Assembly: GCA_022646745.1 (NCBI GenBank)
Contig: CP060262.1
Span: forward strand, 3,480,001-3,512,000
From: Planctomycetales bacterium
GTDB lineage: Bacteria > 4484-113 > JAFGCY01
Direction: 5' to 3'
DNA length: 32,000 bases
A model generated the notes under the pieces. That model was not told the DNA's origin. It made no database searches and saw nothing but the letters and a program-made list of their open reading frames with translations. Every line of letters starts with the position of its first letter. The first letter of the stretch is position 1. The position numbers were made by a program, and so were the translations under genes. Below are positions 16,944-24,154 of this stretch, one piece after another.

Positions 16944-17050
16944 GGATGAGGGATGCGGGATGGGGGATGGGCAGATGAGGGATGGGGGATGTGGGATGGG
17001 GGATGTGGGATGGGCAGATGAGGGATGGGGGATGTGGGATGGGGGATGAG
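16943..17050. repeat. G-rich heptamer array (~15 x GGGATGN, two GGGCAGATGA variants), left arm of cassette 1
   Basis: Read directly. It starts on the last base of the kinase stop codon. The outer 30 nt match the reverse complement of 17701-17730 at 29/30, and the inner 23 nt match the reverse complement of 17601-17623 exactly. Confidence 0.9.
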
Positions 17051-17140
17051 CGGAAGGAATTAGGAAATGATGAACGGTGTGACCTTAAACGCTGCTGAAA
17101 CGCTCAACTGTTCAAATGACTTTTGTATCCACATGTATTG

Positions 17141-17506
17141 TCAACTTCCGACTTCAAGACTCTGACGCAGTCGATTCAGCATCCTGCAGGTTTCTTCGAG
17201 TATCTGGATACTCTCACGAGCTGATTCTGCCTTTGTCAAACCGACGCGGATCGACAACTGCAACAGACTGTCAACCTCCCTGGCTGAACCCAGTGCTATG
17301 GAAACAAATCGTGAGTAGTCAGCCCTGGAACCGCGTCCATTACCCTCAGCAATGTTTGCCGATATCGATACACTGGCACGACGCAGCTGTGATACGAGGC
17401 CGTACTGTTCTGACCTAGGAAAGGCAATTGTCAATCTGTAGATTGACTCCGCAAGATCCATAGCCCGATTCCATACCCTTAGATCTCTGAAGGAAACCGC
17501 ACTCAT
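17141..17506 (-). CDS. four-helix-bundle protein (23S rRNA IVS protein / Avd-like family)
   Basis: 121 aa. FRDLRVWNRAMDL...YGLVSQLRRASVSISANIAEGNGR...GSAREVDSLL is typical of this family. GGAG SD 7 nt upstream of ATG 17506. AT-richer than its surroundings. Confidence 0.85.
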   Translation of the reverse strand: MSAVSFRDLRVWNRAMDLAESIYRLTIAFPRSEQYGLVSQLRRASVSISANIAEGNGRGSRADYSRFVSIALGSAREVDSLLQLSIRVGLTKAESARESIQILEETCRMLNRLRQSLEVGS

Positions 17507-17531
17507 CTTATTGCTCCACACATACGTATGT

Positions 17532-17560
17532 ATAGTACCCGATGGAGCACTTAAAGTCAA
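17532..17560 (-). promoter_or_regulatory. sigma70-type promoter internal to cassette 1
   Basis: Minus strand: TTGACT, 17 bp, TACTAT, about 25 nt upstream of the SD. Confidence 0.5.
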
Positions 17561-17600
17561 CTCACTACAATGATTTGTAAATTCTCGCTGCTTATCTTCC

Positions 17601-17730
17601 GCTCATCCCCCATCCCACATCCCTCGTCCCAGTATTCGCATCCCTCATCCCCCATCCCTCATCCCCGACTTGCTCATCCCCCATCCCTCATCCCCGATTT
17701 GCCCATCCCCCATCCCGCATACCTCATCCC
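17601..17730. repeat. C-rich heptamer array (CATCCCN), right arm of cassette 1
   Basis: Reverse complement of the GGGATGN array. Its outermost heptamer supplies the last Gly codon and the stop (GGA TGA) of the ABC ATPase gene. Confidence 0.9.
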
Positions 17731-18989
17731 GCCTTGTGTCTTCCCTCATAGATCGCGCGCACGATATCGCTCAGTTCCGGTTCGTGCAGCTGAAGGTCGT
17801 CAACCTCGAACTGTTCCATCAGGCGGCCGAGCACGTCCTTGGCGCGGTGCTCGGTGCGGTCGAAGCTGATCTGGTACTGCGAGAGGTTCAGGCGGCGCAC
17901 GCGCAGGCGGCTGCCGTCATCCATCAGCTTTGACAGGGCCGCCATGAACTGCAGCGCGCCTGGTTCGGCCAGCACGCTGTCAACGGGGGGAGCAGCGTTT
18001 GCCAAGCTTACAGCCTGGCCTCCATCCTCTGCCAAGCCAACGGCTTGGCCTCCGTCAAGGGTCTGGCCTCCATCGTCGTTGGTTTCGCCGCCGCCCTTCA
18101 CCTCCGCGATGCTGGTGGCGGCCTTCAGCCCGATGCTGCCGAAGCTCAGCGGCAGGTCGGAGGCTGGCAGCGGATTGCCCGCATACTCCGGCAGGTAGTC
18201 CCGGCCGAAGCTGGCAACCACCCGGCGGCGGCGGCCGAAGCGGTCCTTGATCTCATCCTGCGCGCCGTCGAACAGGATCTTCCCTTCATCGATGATGATC
18301 AGGCGCGGGCAGAGCTCCTCGATGTCCACCATGTCATGCGTGGTGAGGATGATCGTGCTCTCCTCCTCGGTGTTGATGTACTGGATGAAGCGGCGGATGC
18401 GCTCCTTGATGGCAACGTCGAGGCCGATCGTCGGCTCGTCGAGGAACAGGATCGGTGGGTTGTGCAGCAGGCTCGCGCAGAGGTCGCACTTCATGCGCTG
18501 GCCGAGGCTGAGCTTGCGCACGGGCTGGTGCAGCTGGCCTGAGATGTCGAGCACGTCCACGAACTGGTCCAGGCGGCGGCGGTATTCGTCCTGCGGGATG
18601 CGGTAGATCTTCTGCAGCAGGTGGAAGGCCTCGATCACGGCGAGGTCCCACCACAGCTGGGTGCGCTGGCCGAACACCACGCCGATCTGGCGCGCATGCT
18701 GGTAGCGCTTCTGCTGCGGGACCAGGCCGTTGACCTGCATCGTGCCGCTGGTGGGCGTGAGGATGCCGGTCAGCATCTTGATCGTGGTGGACTTGCCGGC
18801 ACCGTTGGAGCCGATGTAGCCGACCACCTCGCCGGGCTGGATGTCAAAGGAGATGGCGTCCACCGCACGGATGTGGCGGTAGCGGCGCTTGAAGATGTCC
18901 TTGATGGCGCCGCCGATGCCCTCACGGCGGTCGAAGTTCACATAGACCTTGGAGAGCTCCTTGACGTGGATGATCGGGGCAGAGGACAT
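17724..18989 (-). CDS. ABC transporter ATP-binding protein with C-terminal extension
   Basis: Walker A GSNGAGKST, signature LSLGQRMK, Walker B ILFLDEPT. The ~170-aa C-terminal region contains a DGGQAV(S/G)LA repeat. No permease gene adjacent. Confidence 0.85.
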   Translation of the reverse strand: MSSAPIIHVKELSKVYVNFDRREGIGGAIKDIFKRRYRHIRAVDAISFDIQPGEVVGYIGSNGAGKSTTIKMLTGILTPTSGTMQVNGLVPQQKRYQHARQIGVVFGQRTQLWWDLAVIEAFHLLQKIYRIPQDEYRRRLDQFVDVLDISGQLHQPVRKLSLGQRMKCDLCASLLHNPPILFLDEPTIGLDVAIKERIRRFIQYINTEEESTIILTTHDMVDIEELCPRLIIIDEGKILFDGAQDEIKDRFGRRRRVVASFGRDYLPEYAGNPLPASDLPLSFGSIGLKAATSIAEVKGGGETNDDGGQTLDGGQAVGLAEDGGQAVSLANAAPPVDSVLAEPGALQFMAALSKLMDDGSRLRVRRLNLSQYQISFDRTEHRAKDVLGRLMEQFEVDDLQLHEPELSDIVRAIYEGRHKAG

Positions 18990-19040
18990 GGGGGATTGAT
19001 GTTAGCAGGGGGAAAAAGCCTCTACCATCCATCAATATTG

Positions 19041-19655
19041 CTAGTTCGCAGTGGAGTCATCCGCATCCCTGCCCACTCCAACCGTGAGAATCTTGTCACC
19101 CTTGGAATGCCCGGATCCTCCCTTTGGTTCCACTGCCGTGAAGCGCATTGTCATCCCGTTCTTAGGGAAAGCATATAGCACAGTGTCCGTTGTCGCATCT
19201 TCCTGTGCGACCGCACGCTTGCCTTGATTGCTATTGCACTGGTCATACAGATAATCCGTGAAATCCTGTGGATCACAATTGAATAACTCTGAAAAGGAAA
19301 ACGGATCTCCCTGACAGTTGATGGAGCCATCCTGGAGAATCACCAGAATGTTCTGTTCACCGAACTTGCGTTCATAAACCGTTGCCTGAGTTTCGAAACT
19401 TGTGTTCACGTCCATAGTAAAGCTGTAGCGCTCCACAAAGTCCTTCTCGACTTCCTCTCCAAGCAAGCCGGTGAATTCCATCACCTTTTTATCAATTTCG
19501 TCGATGCTGATTTTGTCACTTGAGCCATTGGATGTTGTTTGAGCAGAAGTGGATGTTGCCTGACTCTGAGGTGGGTTGCTCTCAGTTTTCTCATTGCATG
19601 CGTTAACGATGCATACCAGGAAGCAGAAGACTGCAATCGCCTTGAAATAGTACAT
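19041..19655 (-). CDS. hypothetical lipoprotein (low-GC)
   Basis: 204-aa ORF. Signal and lipobox IVNAC. Ser/Thr-rich linker. Clearly AT-richer than the flanks. Confidence 0.6.
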   Translation of the reverse strand: MYYFKAIAVFCFLVCIVNACNEKTESNPPQSQATSTSAQTTSNGSSDKISIDEIDKKVMEFTGLLGEEVEKDFVERYSFTMDVNTSFETQATVYERKFGEQNILVILQDGSINCQGDPFSFSELFNCDPQDFTDYLYDQCNSNQGKRAVAQEDATTDTVLYAFPKNGMTMRFTAVEPKGGSGHSKGDKILTVGVGRDADDSTAN

Positions 19656-19816
19656 TTTCTTCCCCCGAAGTATGTTGCTGATTCACTCGAATCCAGTGAG
19701 CACTGTGTTTGATTGAATCCGTTAAAGCTTTATGGAATTCACATCCATTTTGCCAATACCAAGTTTCCAGTTTAACACAAAGCGGCTGGCACAGTAGAAG
19801 CTGCTAATATCAGACC

Positions 19817-19999
19817 ATGGATGAAAGCAACATCGATGGCAAGGAAGTCATCCCCAGCGTGCAGTGCTGCCGCTGCCACCGGCAGATCGCGCTGGGATCA
19901 CGAGGTGTCGGTGACACGATCACCTGCCCGTTCTGCGACACCGTCAGCGTGATCCGCGAGCGCGTGTTCCTGGTGTCGGAGCCCCTCGAGCGCGCCTGA
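19817..19999 (+). CDS. small zinc-ribbon protein
   Basis: 60 aa with CCRCH...CPFC (two CxxC pairs). Its stop overlaps the yraN start (TGATG). Confidence 0.5.
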   Translation: MDESNIDGKEVIPSVQCCRCHRQIALGSRGVGDTITCPFCDTVSVIRERVFLVSEPLERA

Positions 20000-20364
20000 T
20001 GGGATCGAAGGACTTCGGCGGGCTGGGCGAGGAGCTCGCCGCGCGCCTGATGGAGTCCCAGGGGATGGAGATCCTCGAGCGCAACCTGCACATCGGCAAG
20101 CTGGGGGAGCTGGACATCGTGGCGCTGGACGGCGAGACGCTGGTGTTCTGTGAGGTGAAGTGCAAGCACAGCAACCAGGAGCTGGGGGGCTTCCATGCGA
20201 TCAACTTCGGCAAGCAGCAGCAGGTCAAGCGCCTGGCGGGGGCCTTCCTGGTGGGCTTCGAGGGGGAATTCAGGTACTGCCGCTTCGACGCGGTGGAGGT
20301 GGTGGTTGACATCGAGGGCAAGGCGGAACCGGTTGTCAACCAGCTGAAGGATGCATGGCGGTAG
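19999..20364 (+). CDS. yraN: YraN-family (UPF0102) predicted endonuclease
   Basis: 121 aa. GEELAARLMESQGMEILERN...GELDIVALDGETLVFCEVKCK...RFDAVEV matches the UPF0102 pattern. Confidence 0.8.
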   Translation: MGSKDFGGLGEELAARLMESQGMEILERNLHIGKLGELDIVALDGETLVFCEVKCKHSNQELGGFHAINFGKQQQVKRLAGAFLVGFEGEFRYCRFDAVEVVVDIEGKAEPVVNQLKDAWR

Positions 20365-20453
20365 GAAGAGAACAGGGAACAGGGAACAGGGAACAGGGAA
20401 CGGGGAACGGGGAACAGCAGGAAAGATATCAGGGAACAGGGAACGTGGAAAGA
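20365..20453. repeat. G-rich heptamer array (GGGAACA x4, GGGGAAC x2, spacer, GGGAACA x2), left arm of cassette 2
   Basis: Read directly. It starts immediately after the yraN stop. Confidence 0.9.
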
Positions 20454-20505
20454 GAATTCAGAAAGGAAAACATTGGGTACCTACTCCAGCTCAATTTGTC
20501 ATTAC

Positions 20506-20535
20506 TTGCCTATCTGTGTCTCATTATGTTATAAT
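20506..20535 (+). promoter_or_regulatory. sigma70-type promoter internal to cassette 2
   Basis: TTGCCT (20506-20511), 18 bp, TATAAT (20530-20535), then SD GGAGGA at 20545-20550. Confidence 0.5.
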
Positions 20536-20554
20536 CCGTAACGTGGAGGAGAAC

Positions 20555-20917
20555 ATGGGTTCTGCATATCATCGCGATTTACGGGTTTGGCAACGGTCAA
20601 TGGACCTGGTTGAAAGGATATATGAGTTGTCAAACAGTTTTCCCAAGCAGGAAACATACGGCATTACATCCCAGCTTCGTCGCGCTGCCGTGTCTATTCC
20701 AACAAACATAGCGGAAGGTAACGGCCGGTCAACTCGACGTGACTATGCGCACTTCCTCAGCATTGCCTTTGGATCTGCCCGTGAAGTTGATACCCTTTTG
20801 GATCTTGCGACGAGATTGCGCGTTGCAGAAGCAGGAAAGGTCCATGAGTGCTTAGTATTACTCGATGAAGTATGCGGAATGCTATACGCAATGAGGTCAA
20901 AGTTGGTTGCCAACTAA
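20555..20917 (+). CDS. four-helix-bundle protein (23S rRNA IVS protein / Avd-like family)
   Basis: 120 aa. HRDLRVWQRSMDL...YGITSQLRRAAVSIPTNIAEGNGR...GSAREVDTLL. Roughly half the positions are identical to the 17141-17506 product by hand alignment. AT-richer than its surroundings. Confidence 0.85.
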   Translation: MGSAYHRDLRVWQRSMDLVERIYELSNSFPKQETYGITSQLRRAAVSIPTNIAEGNGRSTRRDYAHFLSIAFGSAREVDTLLDLATRLRVAEAGKVHECLVLLDEVCGMLYAMRSKLVAN

Positions 20918-20919
20918 AG

Positions 20920-20987
20920 TTTCCCCTCTGTTCGCTGTTCCCGTGTTCGCCGTTCCCTGTTCCCCGTTCCCTGTTCCCTGTTCCCTG
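20920..20987. repeat. C-rich heptamer array (GTTCCCN), right arm of cassette 2, proximal part
   Basis: Reverse complement of GGGAAC heptamers. Interrupted by the IS at ~20992. Confidence 0.9.
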
Positions 20988-20992
20988 GTACA

Positions 20993-22327
20993 GGTTCAAT
21001 ACATAGGTAATGGTTTAGGTTCAGAACATAGGTAACGGTTTCCGTGAGAATCACCCTTCGAGAGGAGGGTGCCATGCCGTGGAAGGAGGCCGATGTAATG
21101 GACCTGAGAATGCAGTTCGTCACGCGTGCGCTGCGTGAGGAGATGTCCTTTGCCGCGCTTTGCCGGGAGTTCGGCATCAGCGCAAAGACAGGGTACAAGT
21201 GGAAGCAGCGCTTCCTGGATGATGGCTACGGCGGGCTGGTCGACCTGTCGCGCCGTCCCGCTGCACATGCCCGCCAGCTGGATGAGGACACGATCTTCGA
21301 GATCGTCAGGCTCAAGCAGCAGCACATGCGCTGGGGGCCGGCCAAGATCCGCGAGCTGTTTCGCAGGACACATCCCGGCCGGGACTGCCCGTCGCTGAGC
21401 ACCGTCAAGCGCATGCTTGGCAAATGCGGCCTGGTCGAACGCCGCAGGCGTCGCCAGCAGAAGCAGACGGGCCGGATCAGCCAGCGCCGGACGGCCACCG
21501 CTGCCAACCAGGTCTGGACGGTGGACTTCAAGGGCTGGTGGTTCAGCTCCGAGCGGGAACGCGTGCAGCCGCTGACGGTCTGTGACGCATACAGCCGCTG
21601 TGTGCTGCTGGCCCAGGCCCTGCCGGACAGCCGCAGCGACACGGTGCGTGAGTGCTTCAGCAGGCTGTTCGAACAGTACGGCCTGCCTGAGTGCATCCGT
21701 TCTGACAACGGCACGCCCTTTGCCGCCAGCAATGCCCTGCTGGGGCTGAGCAGGCTGTCCGCATGGTGGCTGGCACTGGGCATCAGCCTGGACCGCATAG
21801 ATCCCGGCAGGCCCGACCAGAACGGCAGCCATGAGCGGATGCATCGTGAGATCGCCTGCGAGGTGGAAAGCCGGGTGGATGGCGATCTGGCAACACAGCA
21901 GGCCGCACTGGACATCTGGCGCGAGGAGTACAACACCCAGCGCCCGCATGAGGCACTGGGCATGCGCTGCCCGGCCGAACTGTATGTGAAGTCACTGCGG
22001 AAGTACAGGCCGGAGGGATTCGAGCTGCACTACCCGGCGGGATTCCTGCGCCGCAAGGTGCAGCGCAACGGATACATCAAGCTGGACAGGCGCATGATCA
22101 ACCTGACAACGGCACTGCGGGGCTGGCATGTGGGACTGCAGTCGCAGGGATCACAGGAGTACAGGGTATGGTTCGCGCAGCTCTGCCTCGGCAGGCTCAA
22201 CCTGAGGGATGAAGTGATGCACCCGCCGGGATGAGTACAGCACAGGAGCAATACCCGATGATATACAATAGTTCAATTAAAACGTTACCTATGTATTGAG
22301 CCTCAACCGTTACCTATGTTCTGAACC
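20993..22327 (+). mobile_element. IS481-like insertion sequence (~1.3 kb)
   Basis: Single DDE (rve) transposase ORF. The ~47-bp terminal inverted repeats are each a tandem pair of a ~23-bp motif, GGTTCA(AT/GA)ACATAGGTAA(T/C)GGTT. 21018-21040 is the exact reverse complement of 22305-22327. GTAC occurs next to both ends. Confidence 0.8.
21074..22234 (+). CDS. IS481-family DDE transposase (HTH + rve integrase core)
   Basis: GGAGG SD 5 nt upstream. N-terminal HTH (FAALCREFGISAKTGYKWKQRF). Catalytic-core motifs WTVDFKGWW, IRSDNGTPF, NGSHERMHREI, RPHEALG. Confidence 0.85.
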   Translation: MPWKEADVMDLRMQFVTRALREEMSFAALCREFGISAKTGYKWKQRFLDDGYGGLVDLSRRPAAHARQLDEDTIFEIVRLKQQHMRWGPAKIRELFRRTHPGRDCPSLSTVKRMLGKCGLVERRRRRQQKQTGRISQRRTATAANQVWTVDFKGWWFSSERERVQPLTVCDAYSRCVLLAQALPDSRSDTVRECFSRLFEQYGLPECIRSDNGTPFAASNALLGLSRLSAWWLALGISLDRIDPGRPDQNGSHERMHREIACEVESRVDGDLATQQAALDIWREEYNTQRPHEALGMRCPAELYVKSLRKYRPEGFELHYPAGFLRRKVQRNGYIKLDRRMINLTTALRGWHVGLQSQGSQEYRVWFAQLCLGRLNLRDEVMHPPG

Positions 22328-22331
22328 GTAC

Positions 22332-22397
22332 GCCCTGTTCCCCGTTCCCTGTTCCCCGTTCCCTGTTCCCCGTTCCCTGTTCCCCGTTCCCTGATAT
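22332..22397. repeat. C-rich heptamer array (GTTCCCC/GTTCCCT x ~8), right arm of cassette 2, distal part
   Basis: Continues the 20920-20987 array across the IS. The terminal GTTCCCTGATAT (22386-22397) is the exact reverse complement of ATATCAGGGAAC at 20426-20437. Confidence 0.9.
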
Positions 22398-22467
22398 TAG
22401 AATAAGAGTGCCGTACACATCCCAGCGCGGGGCACGGGCGGGCGCGCAGGCGGCGAGGAGGAAAGGC

Positions 22468-23787
22468 ATGCTGGAACTTCACGGACCGACAATCGAGCAG
22501 GACAATTTCCACCTGTATGAGGCCATCGACCGCTCGGTCGACCCGCCGATCTACTCCTGCGTATACCTCTACACCGGCACCATGGAAAGCGGCTGGCCGG
22601 CGCTGGGCGGCACCCGCTGGGTGCGCCGCAGGTTCAGCGAGTTCGAGCAGAGCATGGAGCATGTGCGGGGTACGGCACGCGAGCTCGCCATTTCCATGAC
22701 GATCAAGAATGCGATCCTGCGCGGCGCGGACACGCAGGAAGGCGCACGCGGCCTGTTCTCGTGGAACGGCGGCAAGGGTGTGATCTGGAGTCCGGAGGAA
22801 GTGCTGACGCCCTACCGGCTGATGTGCCACGGCCGGCTGATCGAGTACATCGGCGGGCATTACATCGGTTCGAAGGACCAGGGCGTGGGCACGAGCCAGC
22901 TGCGCTGGATCGAGAAGGCGACGAAGTTCACCATCGGGCTGGGCTGCGGCAAGGACACCGGTGAGGGCACAGCGGCCGGCACGGTGGCCGGCATCTGGCG
23001 CGCGGCGATTGAGGAAGGGATGATCAAGGACAGCGGCCTGAGCCCGGCGGAGCTCTTGGTGAATGCCGAGGGCGGGCTGAACGTGCTGCGCAACAACCTG
23101 CTGAGCGGCTTGTCGATCCTCGTGATCGGCGCGGGCAAGGTCGGCCTGCCGCTGCTGAAGTACCTGAGCGACCTCGGGGCGGAGCTGTACGTGTTCGACC
23201 CGCAGCTCAACAAGCTCGGCGTGTATGAGTTCTACACCTGGCTGAGGCGGCTGGGGGCGGCGATTGACCGCAGCCACCGTGACCTGCTGGAAGCGCTTGG
23301 CAACGGCGGGCGCCTGTTCGCCACGGAGGAAGAGGCGCTGATGAGCCAGGCCTACAACGTGCTGTCGCCGAACGGCGGCCCGACGGAATGGCTCTCGCTA
23401 TCGCTCAGGGACAGCACCGACCAACGCTGCCGCGCGGAGATGCTGGCGGAGACGCGGCGCAAGGATGGCAAGCTGAGACTGATCGCGGGTGCTGGCAACG
23501 ACCAGCTGCCGGCCACGGCGGGCAAGCAGGACCGGCGCGACATCGCGCTCGGCGCTCTGGATGAGGCGGGCATCACCTTCGTACCGGACCCGATCGTCAG
23601 CCCCGGCGGCGTGATCGCGGTCAGCCACGAACTGGCGGAAAGCTGGGATGCGGATGAGGTGATCCGCGACGCGACGCGGCTCGTGAACCGCAGTGTGAAG
23701 GACTGCTACGGCATCGCGCGCAAGAGCGGCAAGCTCAACTCAAGCTCGATGTACGCAGCCTTCAAGCAGCTCAGTGGTGTAGAATAA
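22468..23787 (+). CDS. Glu/Leu/Phe/Val dehydrogenase-family protein (leucine-dehydrogenase-like, divergent)
   Basis: GAGGAGGA SD 5 nt upstream. PALGGTRW, IKNA and NGGKGVIW (catalytic Lys region). Rossmann segment ILVIGAGKVGLPL. AGAGNDQL and SPGGVI as in LeuDH. 439 aa, longer than typical. Confidence 0.7.
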   Translation: MLELHGPTIEQDNFHLYEAIDRSVDPPIYSCVYLYTGTMESGWPALGGTRWVRRRFSEFEQSMEHVRGTARELAISMTIKNAILRGADTQEGARGLFSWNGGKGVIWSPEEVLTPYRLMCHGRLIEYIGGHYIGSKDQGVGTSQLRWIEKATKFTIGLGCGKDTGEGTAAGTVAGIWRAAIEEGMIKDSGLSPAELLVNAEGGLNVLRNNLLSGLSILVIGAGKVGLPLLKYLSDLGAELYVFDPQLNKLGVYEFYTWLRRLGAAIDRSHRDLLEALGNGGRLFATEEEALMSQAYNVLSPNGGPTEWLSLSLRDSTDQRCRAEMLAETRRKDGKLRLIAGAGNDQLPATAGKQDRRDIALGALDEAGITFVPDPIVSPGGVIAVSHELAESWDADEVIRDATRLVNRSVKDCYGIARKSGKLNSSSMYAAFKQLSGVE

Positions 23788-23876
23788 CGCTCCCGATCTG
23801 CATGTTCCCGGATCAGGGGTAAGATGTAGATCCACGCGGGTCGCAAGGGGCCCGGATTGACAGGCCACAACTGGAC

Positions 23877-23961
23877 GGAGGAGTGGCAGAGTGGTTGAAT
23901 GCGGCAGTCTCGAAAACTGTTTCACGGCAACGTGACGGGGGTTCGAATCCCTCCTCCTCCG
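23877..23961 (+). tRNA. tRNA-Ser (anticodon CGA)
   Basis: Acceptor GGAGGAG/CTCCTCC, anticodon loop CTCGAAA, long variable arm, T-loop TTCGAAT. 85 nt. Confidence 0.85.
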
Positions 23962-23976
23962 GATTGATCCAGTTGG

Positions 23977-24027
23977 CAGAATCAGAAACAGAATCAGCAG
24001 ACAAGTGGGCAGTGGGTAGTAGGTAAC
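23977..24027. repeat. purine-rich short-repeat arrays (CAGAATCAGAAACAGAATCAGCAG; AGTGGGC AGTGGGT AGTAGGT)
   Basis: Tandem 6-7-nt periodicity after tRNA-Ser. TGGGCAGTGG (24006-24015) has an exact inverted partner CCACTGCCCA at 24132-24141. Confidence 0.5.
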
Positions 24028-24154
24028 AAACAGTAATGAGAGCCAGATTTTGCGACGGATTCTCATTTCCGTGAGCGCTCCTTTAATCCACATTTAACAC
24101 TCCAAAAGGTGCTATACAGATTCTCCTCGGGCCACTGCCCATTGGAGAACGGCT

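Noticed and set aside
16943-17050. Heptamer arrays (here and at 17601, 20365, 20920, 22332) as CRISPR arrays.
   Set aside because: The period is 7 nt with no spacers, and no cas genes are present. These are tandem microsatellite-like arrays.
19787-19801. Sigma54-type promoter TGGCAC-N5-AAGC upstream of the Zn-ribbon/yraN operon.
   Set aside because: The GG/GC spacing is right, but the -12 box is weak (AAGC vs TTGC). The predicted start would leave only a few nt of leader, and no enhancer-binding-protein gene is nearby. Too weak to call.
16943-20917. Avd-like four-helix-bundle genes as part of a diversity-generating retroelement.
   Set aside because: The window has no reverse transcriptase ORF, no template/variable repeat pair with A-specific mismatches, and no C-type-lectin-like target. 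The flanking repeats are period-7 arrays, not TR/VR.
16943-22397. Four-helix-bundle cassettes as genuine 23S rRNA intervening sequences.
   Set aside because: The flanks are protein-coding genes (histidine kinase, ABC ATPase, yraN, dehydrogenase). No rRNA-like sequence is present.
23740-24093. 117-aa (-) ORF, and the 63-aa (-) ORF at 23813-24004.
   Set aside because: They run antisense straight through tRNA-Ser and the repeat array, so they are not credible coding sequence.
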